The notes below the pieces were generated by a model that saw only the letters and a program-made list of their open reading frames with translations, ran no database searches and was not told the DNA's origin. This document shows, piece by piece, positions 41,601 through 50,600 of a stretch of 64,000 bases of DNA (its first letter is position 1; each line of letters opens with the position of its first letter). This stretch comes from a bacterium (GTDB lineage: Bacteria > Elusimicrobiota > JBDRMW01 > JBDROU01), in assembly GCA_043809745.1 (NCBI GenBank), contig JBDROU010000079.1, positions 1,163 through 65,162 of the forward strand, given 5' to 3'. The position numbers were made by a program, and so were the translations under genes.

Positions 41601-44600
41601 CAGAAAAAGAAACCATCTTCTAAGAAAATTCAAAGAAGAATTATTCGTAAGCAAAAACAAAGATACTTGGAAGCTGAGGAACAAATCAAAGTAAAGTCTA
41701 GTAGCGAAATAAATAGTGCCAGAGAACAACTGAAGGAAAACAGTAAATTGAATAGCTTGATCAAAGACGCGAGAAAGAGCATAGATAAGCTAATGCCCGG
41801 TGTTGAAAGTAAACGCGCTGAACTGGAACAGAAAAGATTGGAAATTTCAAAACAGCAGCTTATTGGAGAGTTGTTAGCAAAAGGAGGTACACTTCCTTCA
41901 TTTGTACTGGACAGCGTGATAAAATATGAAATATATCTTGCAGAAAAGCGGGAGCTCAAGAGTTACAGAGAAGCATTTAAGGTTGATCCACCAAAAGATG
42001 AAAATGGTAATTTATTTACGGTTGAATTTAAGGATCCTGCTTCAGCAAATGATCCGCTGCTTGTTCAAATAAGAGATGTAATAAATAAAGTACTCGTTGA
42101 CAGAGGACAGAAGTTTGAGAAATTCCCGTTATTAGAGAATCAACCGGATCAGATTTTAGATATGCTGTTCGGTTCAAACGTAGCCTATGAGTTCGGGACC
42201 GGAGGTGGAAAAACTTCGATAATAATGAATTATGTTAATGCTTTGCGCTGGGAACTTTTCTGTAAAGAAAATGGCCCGCTTGCCCATAAAGGCTACCAGC
42301 GCGGTGTAAGCTTATTCACTTCGGATATAAAATCGCATGAGGCATATGAGAAATATAAAGAACGGCTCTGCAGGTTAATGGATATTAAGACAGATTCTCC
42401 ATTAGTGTTCAGGTTGGATCAGGAAGCTATGGATAATGCCAGAACCGATCCGGAATGGCTGGTTGCAAAGATTAAAAATGCCAAGCTTGTTTTGATAGAT
42501 CAGATAGGGTTCCAGTTTATAAAGCACGGTGAATGGTCCAGAGACGGTGTGACTCAGTTCGGCGGCAGGGAAGGCTACAGGCTGTTAACAGAGAGAGTAC
42601 ATTTTATTTTTGACGAGTTCCAGTCCGCGATACTGGAGAAAACTTCCGCGATAGTCGGCGGCGAGGGCAGCCCCAACTCGCCTGCTATCCAGATGGCAGG
42701 CAGGTATGTGCATCGGGCCATTGAAGATATAATATTTAATCAAAGTGATTTTATAAAGTCATTAACCGATGCTGATAAGGCAATTTTTGAAAATGAGTTA
42801 GGCGAGCTTAGAGTGTTGAAGAATGATATGGAAAAGGGATCAGCATCTGCAAGTATAAAAGCAAGGAAAGAATATGTGAATAAGCAGCAGGCATTCTTAA
42901 AGAAATACTGTATGGATACCAATAAGGGTTCCTTAAAGAATGAATTCAAGGAAAAAGTAGACGAAGTAGCAAATTCATTATTAGGAGTACGTCCGGAACT
43001 ATTGGGAGCACATCCAGAACTGAAATCCCTTATGAAAACAGGGGGATCAAATGAATTGTCCGGCGAGTATAATTGGATACACAGGGAACAGCATAAGAAA
43101 GATTCAACATTAAGCGAAGCTGAGATATACAAGAAAATACAAAACGAAATTAGGGCGTCGATCAATGCCCGCGACAATGTATTGAAATTTACGGATGAGA
43201 ACTATTATGTGGAGTTTGAAGGCCAGGAAGGCAAGTCTGAGGTTACTGCTGAACACCGTAATATACCCATACCCAACCATGGTGGACCCTCACCTAATAT
43301 GAGATGGGCTGATTCATATATGTCGGTTGCGCTCTACTTCCACGCGACAGCCGAAGTAAGAGCCAGGAATGCAGAGCTTAACAAGATGCGCACCAGCCCG
43401 GAATCTCTGCAGGCGACCATGGGTACTGTTTTTGCTGATATGCTCAGGAGAGGCAGTTTCGGCTCCGGTATGACCGGTACGCTTCAGAATGTTATGATGG
43501 CAAGCGAGATCGGATTTTACTTTGAATCAATCGCGATGGGGGATATGGCAGGCAGGTATCTGGGCCCGCGCAGGAATGCGATAGAAAATGCTTTCGCTTA
43601 TACAGATAAAGATGGAATGTTCAGCGCGCTTGAAAATTATTTAACCGCACCTGTGGAAGGATCTGAAGCTGTAGACGGTGTAGTGGTAGGTGTTACGAGG
43701 CAGTACGGTCAGGGTGAGCAAAGGGCTCAGTTGGAAGCATCTGGAGCATTCAGGGACAGGATGCAATTAAAGCAAAACGATGCTAATAATTTTGTGCTTA
43801 CTGTGCGCGAAAACGGCAAGTCGGTTGAGATTAACAAGACATGGGTGGAAAGGCAGAATTTAAGCGATTCAGCACAAGCTGAATTAATGGAGCTTTTTAA
43901 TGCAGGAGGAGAAACCATTAATCCTAATGCGCTGGAGAAGATTTTAATAAGAGATAGGCTGGTTGATGTGCTATCCAAAGAGGGTCCGGAATCCAAGCTC
44001 AAAGGGGAAGATCTTGCGATAGCCAGGTTGTTCAGCATGGAAGGATTAAAGGATAAAAAGATGCTGGTTTATATTAACAAGGAAGGCAGTGTCGGAACCG
44101 ACATGTTCGTGCCGGAGGGAGTTAAGTTTGCGCTGCTTACTGATGTTAATGTTACTTTAACTGATATTGTTCAAGCATGGGGCCGCTCAAGAGGAATCTT
44201 CCTATTTGAATCAGAAGGATCAGCTAAAGGGAAATCATATGCTCCGATACTTCATGAAATGAATACGTTTGTATTCGACTTAAACAACGAGCTGAATATG
44301 GAAAACGGCAAAAAGTTCACTCCAAAAGATTTTATGAGAATGCTCAGGACAAATGAGCTTAAAGACTGCCAGCAGAATGTGTTTAATACATACCGCGATG
44401 CGATTCATCAATCTGTATCAAACATGTTTGCTCTTATGCTTGATGTGCCCGGCTTGAGCAATGCTGACCGGAATCTCATACTGGATAGGATGCAACAGCA
44501 TCAAAGCAACAAGACGAAATCGGATAAATTGGAAAGCTCTATGGGTGATCCTCTGGAGGTGTTGATAGAAACGGCAAATGCGACCAGTGAATTCTTGAGG

Positions 44601-47600
44601 AACCTTGGCAATAACGATGCCCAGTTCAAAGATATGATAAACAGAAACAGCGAGAGCAAGCGAATTTATGACTACTGCGTGAATCCGGAAGGGAAAGATT
44701 TTGATATATCAGACTTTATGGTTACTCAAGCCGGCAATAACAGCCTGAATGCCAGTGCGCTGCAGAATGTACTCTTTGTAATGCAGGCGGGTATATTCGG
44801 TATGGCAAAGGTTGGGGATATAATAGCCGTGGCCAGGCAGTATATTCCGAGGTCGCTCCTGCCGGAGAAGGTTTCAAAAGGCAGATCGGCTGAGGCTGAA
44901 ATAAATACTATAGCTGATGGAAGAAATACCGTTAATACCGATGCGGGTCGAGAGAAATATGATAAGGCTATGCAAAAGATGCCAAGAGATTTAAAAAGAA
45001 AGGTGTTTGGCACTGAAAGCCCGACTCCGGATTCGTTGTTAACGGCGTACGGCCGAAGTTTTGTAGCCAATGCTGTTGCGGCTATAAATCTAGCCAACAC
45101 CGAAATAGAAATTCTGGATCAAGATGATAATCCAATTTCCTATAATGACGAAATGCTTGAATCCGCCGTTAAATATGCGGCGGCAATCGGAGCGGATGTT
45201 ATAGGTGATGATGGAACGCCAATCACCGCACCTCTTGTCGCAACCGATGAGGATTCCGTACCGCTTGTTAGTGCTGCTAGAGACTCTGCTAAAGTGCAGG
45301 TTATACCCGAAGATCATGATACAGGCGATAAGGTAACCGAAGGTTTTGTTGATGATATTCAGACCGGCCAACCTGAAAGAACTACTCCAGTGGTTATACC
45401 CGAAGATCAAGACACATTAACCGGTAGTACTGTATCTTCAGATTCAATCGAAGCTGAAGAAGGGTTTGAGCCCGGATATGTGTATGCTAGGGCACTAAGG
45501 AATAATGCAAATAATATAACAGTGGTTGCTGAAACGCTTGCTGATGAGGGTATAGATTTTGAAGCAGCCATGGTGGTAGGCTCTTCGTTGTATGACTTAG
45601 GAGGGCTCACTCGTTCCAACAGCAAAGATCTTGCTCAACTGGGCAACAAGGTTCAGCGTAACAGAAATATGAGTAAGCAGGCAAAGAAAGAAAAAGGTAA
45701 AGATGCCGATCAACAACAGAAATCTTTGCGAGTTAAAACACAAGATCAAATAGCAACGTACATAGAAGATCATAAACTTACTGGCGGTATGGATAAACAG
45801 GAAAAGAAACAAATAAACAGATATAGATCAATAAAGAACAGCTACGATAAAGGCCAAGAATTGTCGAATAGGTTGCAGCAAACGCCGCCTGATTTGCAGG
45901 GGTTATTTAGCTCAATAAGGAATGGGTTAAGAAAAATAGGACTGGCAATAAGGACAGCGATACAAGCTTTCAATATTAAGAGGATTGAACGCTCGATTCA
46001 AAACACTTCTGTGGCTCAATTCGAGCTTGAGAAGCTTGATAATGAAAAACACCGTCAGAAGACATTCTCCTGGATTGTAAGGCTTAATCCGCTGATGTCA
46101 TTCGATAGACTTAAAGATCTTTCAATACGGCTTCGTTCAGAGAGCGAAAATGCCGCTTTGACGCAGGTTACCGCAGGAGCCTTTGAATCATATAATAAAA
46201 ATGGAAGCTTCAGCGGAAATATTACTTCCAGAAGCATGCTCTATGCTGCAGCTCAAAAGATTGACCTGAACAAGATTTTCGGCAAGCTGAAGAGCAAGCA
46301 TAATCTGATCAACAGATTGTATAAACAGATAAGGAAGATTGATCTTACAAAAGCCTTCATATTCAGCAACAGCAGAAATGATACTGTAGCAAGGGTTCTG
46401 CAGCCGGGAACAACAGAGAAAGAGGCGCAGGCGCTGTTGAACGCGAATGTATTCAAGAAGAGAAAAATATTACGCTTGCAGGATCGGCTGCTGTCGCAGA
46501 AAAAAGCGGATGAACTGCAGAAACTGAGCACAGAAATTGATACCGCGCGCGCCGCCATCGCGCAGGTTGAACAAAAGCTTGGTAAGGCTTTAGAGAAACT
46601 GAATAAAGGATTTGGCACAACTACCAATGATCCCGAATACGCTGTCAGGCAGATTAAGAAAAGCAACCGTTATTGGGACATAAAAGCGCGTCTTCAGATG
46701 AGAGCAGAAAATCCCAACGCTAAGATAACCGAACCTGAGCGAAAAGAGTTAACGGAGATGAGATCGCTTTATGATTCTGTGGCATCGCTGGAAACCCTTG
46801 TTGCCGAATACCGTAAACATACCGCTGAACTTCAGAAAAAAGCGGACATAAAGACCGCCATAACGGGCAATATAAATAAGGATATTGAGAAATATGCTGA
46901 GGTTTTGGATGAAGATGGATCTTTAATTGTTCTTCAGACGCGCATCGCACAGGCTAAGTCGAAGAAAGTTCCTATAACCGTAAAAGCGCTCAAAGATATG
47001 GTAGATGAAAGCAACAGATTCTCGACCACTCGTACTGCGGGTTCACCGCTTACACTTGCCGATGCGTTAATTCTTATAGACAAAAACAATGGTACGTATC
47101 ATCTCCCGAAGAATGATAGTGGTGACCGCAAGAGTTTTGCTGAGGTCGTGGAGTGGATGGGAGAAGAATTCGGTGAGAAAGTAGACGAAATTTCAGCTGC
47201 GGATGCGGTTAGTGTAGCCCGGGCGCTTTACGAGATGGGTGAGACTCCGGCCGAAAGAAGTAATGTAAAACTTTCCGAATTCTGGCGTATAATGAAACGC
47301 GCCGGTGCGGCAGGCGATGAAACCAGGCTAAAAGCGGTGGTTGCCGCGCTTGGGTATGACGGAGCGTTATTTGATGCTCTGCCTGCAGATGTAACCTATT
47401 ACAGGACTACTGGACGCGGTTCAAAGTTTGTAGATTCCACTGTTGGAGGGACGCTGTATGATCTTGCTGAGGGCAATATTTCAGAGATACTTAACCCGCA
47501 GAATTATGATGAATCAGAACGAGCTGGAGTAATGAAAAAACTAATCAAATACGCTGATACACTTAAAGATAAATTTGTTGCGGTATCAGCCGGCAAACAG

Positions 47601-50600
47601 GAAGGCGGCACAAATCAATTGAGAAACCAGCTGGAGTCGGTTCTGAGTATCACAGCTGATAAAGCCAATCTGGAACTGCTTGAAGCAGGAGATAAAGAAA
47701 AAGTATCTTCGATATTAGCCAAACTTGCAGTTAACGATATAGATCAGGGGAAGAGCCTGGAAGAAACTTTGGGCATGATGGATTCCTGGTCAGAAAAGCT
47801 GAATGCCGCTCCGGCTGAAGAAAAAGCGCTCTTGGAATCTGTCAGAAAAGAACTTACCGTGAAGGAGAAGAGCGAGTCTGTGGCGCACTTAAATGCCGCG
47901 AAGGCCGTTGACGATAGGATAGAGGCCATTATAGAGCAGGAAAAAATCTCTGAATCCATGCCTTCTATAAGAACCCGGTTGACAAAAACATTTGAAACCA
48001 GGCTGGAGGTTATAAGGCATGCGGAGAATATGAGTGTGGAAAGCGCCTTGGCCGAAATAAACGTGATTATTGATGATATACAGGAAGAAGCAGAGTTGCT
48101 GGGGAGCAGCTCAAAAGCCCTTCTGACTGATGCATATATGTATAAGTTCTTTGTAACTGAGCAGATTATACAAGATTATGAAAAATATTTCGAATCAGAT
48201 GTAGCTTTACAGTACGCGCATCATAACCGGGAGTTCAGGAAGTTGTTGTCCTTAGACGGGTATAAAGAATACAAAGAGCACTATCAGCAGAAAGTAAACG
48301 AGCTTAGACAGTTAAACCGCAGCGGTTTTGAAACCATTAGGCTATTGTTGAAACTGGATCCTTCGATTGCAAGCAGGCTTAAGGATCAAACAAAATTCCT
48401 GGAATTCCTTAAAACATCCTATAAACATGATACAGATACCGCTAACAGGATGCGCTATATATACTATGGATTTGGGTTGATTGAAAGCTTAAAATCCTCA
48501 GAATTGAAACAAAAATATACAGATGAGTTTGAAACATTACTGAGAAATAACCGTTTGGGTATAGCTATGTATTTGAATGAGCAGCTAGGTGACGATATGT
48601 ACAGAGTGGAAAGTAAGAATCTGGAACCTTTGGCTGCCGCGCATATGATAATAAGCGATGATAAGAGTAATAATGAAGAAATAGTGAAACTGGTGCGTGA
48701 TGAGTTCAGAGATGATGCAAAAAGGCGGTTTGCAGAAAGGGAGTTGCAGCACATACCTGGCAGGAATGATGTGCTCCCGCCGACTGCAGTAAAAGAGACA
48801 AAGAATGAATTAACCGTGCGAATGAAGAAAGTAACGCTTCTTAAAGAAACAATTATTGCCATGGCTGATGCAAACGATATAGAAGGCATCGAACAGCTGC
48901 TGGTGCAGACGGTAGAGCTTTACAATGAGTTGTGGGAGCGCGGGTATGCGCCTCATTTTGAAGGTGCGGATGCAAATGGGAAAGTGTCACAATCCATTGA
49001 CGATATAATGATAAACATCGGTACGCTTGAGGATGAACTGCTTCATATAGACCCGCTGAACTTTACGCAGGACGCGAAGTTAGCTCAGCAGCTTATGCCG
49101 AAACTTGCCAAGAAGATGCTGAACGATGTTGCCAGACATCTGCCTAAACCGATGGATGAGAAGGTTGTTAAGAAGTTAGAGAAAAAGCTGGAGGAAGCGG
49201 TAAAGGCGCGGTTTGCGGTCAATAAATGGAATACCGCGCTGGTTGATTCAAAGAATTTGGATGATTTTGAAACCGGATTAGAAGCTGTGCTGGAGTCCGC
49301 GTCCACGAATGATGTTTATAGTATAGATGTACTGGAAAACATAGCTCAGCAGACCCCTGTGAGAAGCTTTATACAGGCGCTGAACAAAATGAAGCTCAGA
49401 GGCGGTGTGAGCATAAGAATAAATGTGATCGGTGATGATGAAATTGACAGCCGCGACGAATCGAGGATACTGATCACCAATAACAAGGAGCACGCATCGC
49501 TTGCCAAAACGCTGTTTGTTGATGAGGGTGATGATCAGAATCAACTCACTGGCAAATTCGGCCAGCTGATTTTGCTCGGCGTAACGTTAACTCAGTATTT
49601 TAATGAAATAAAAACCGGTACTTTTAACAACAGCAACAGAACAAGGCTGCAGAAACAATTTTCACTTCTGGCGAAAAACATTGCCGCGCTGCCTGACAAT
49701 GAAATAAACGAACTTTATAATCAAAGCAAAGATGCCGCGAAGGGCATCAGCGTGCCTCTGCCCGCCTGGAAGGAAGGAGAAACCAGGATAACTGTTGAGT
49801 CGGTGAATCAACCGCGAGCAGCTCAGCTGGTTCAAGAATCCAAGCGTTTGTTGCGCGGCCGGGTCCCGGATATGAAGCAGAAAACAGAGGGGAACCGCAT
49901 GATGGTGCGGGTAAGAAGTGTTGAGCAGCCGCTCGGTAAAGCGATTCTTAATGATATCAACAGTAAGAAGTCAGTGGAAGCAAAGGTGCAGCTCAAAATC
50001 GATGAGGTTATGCGCTTGCTTGCCGATTTGTGGAACCTGGGAGGATACATACCTGAGCCTGTGGCAGACGTTAAGGGATATTATCTCATGGATAGGATAG
50101 GGATGCTGGAAGGCAAAATGGTGTATGCAGATCCTATGAGTTTAACCAATGATGAGACAAGAACAGGAGATATTAAGAACCAGCTTGCAAAAGCAATAGT
50201 TTCTGATCTGGAAAAGTATCTGAATGCGAGTAAAGTTGATAAAAAACTGGCAAAGAAAATAACCAACGGCCTTGAAAAGAAAATTAATACTCAAATAAAT
50301 AAAACGTTCGGATTTGAGCATGAACAGTGGAACGATCTTGACACATACACAATCTATGTTATCCAAAGCGTAGCTGAAACGCCAGGTATTAAAGAAGTGA
50401 TAGATTCGATAAATCAGGGTGAAGATTCAAGGATAGACAATAACGTAAAGTTAGAAGTCATAGATAAAGAAGCAAAATGGGACAGCAGAAAGGTGCTCAT
50501 AACGGACAATAAGGAATTTGAACAGTTGGGTAAAGCATTGGTGATTGACACTAAAACTGATGTGCTGATGCTGGAAAAAGAGTTCAGTTCCATAGTGATG

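Noticed and set aside
45280-45450. Acidic local duplication VIPEDHDTGDKVTEGFVDDIQTGQPERTT / VVIPEDQDTLTGSTVSSDSIEAEEGFEPG considered as a calcium-binding or RTX-like repeat
   Set aside because: Only two short copies. No GGxGxD nonapeptide periodicity. More likely an acidic linker.
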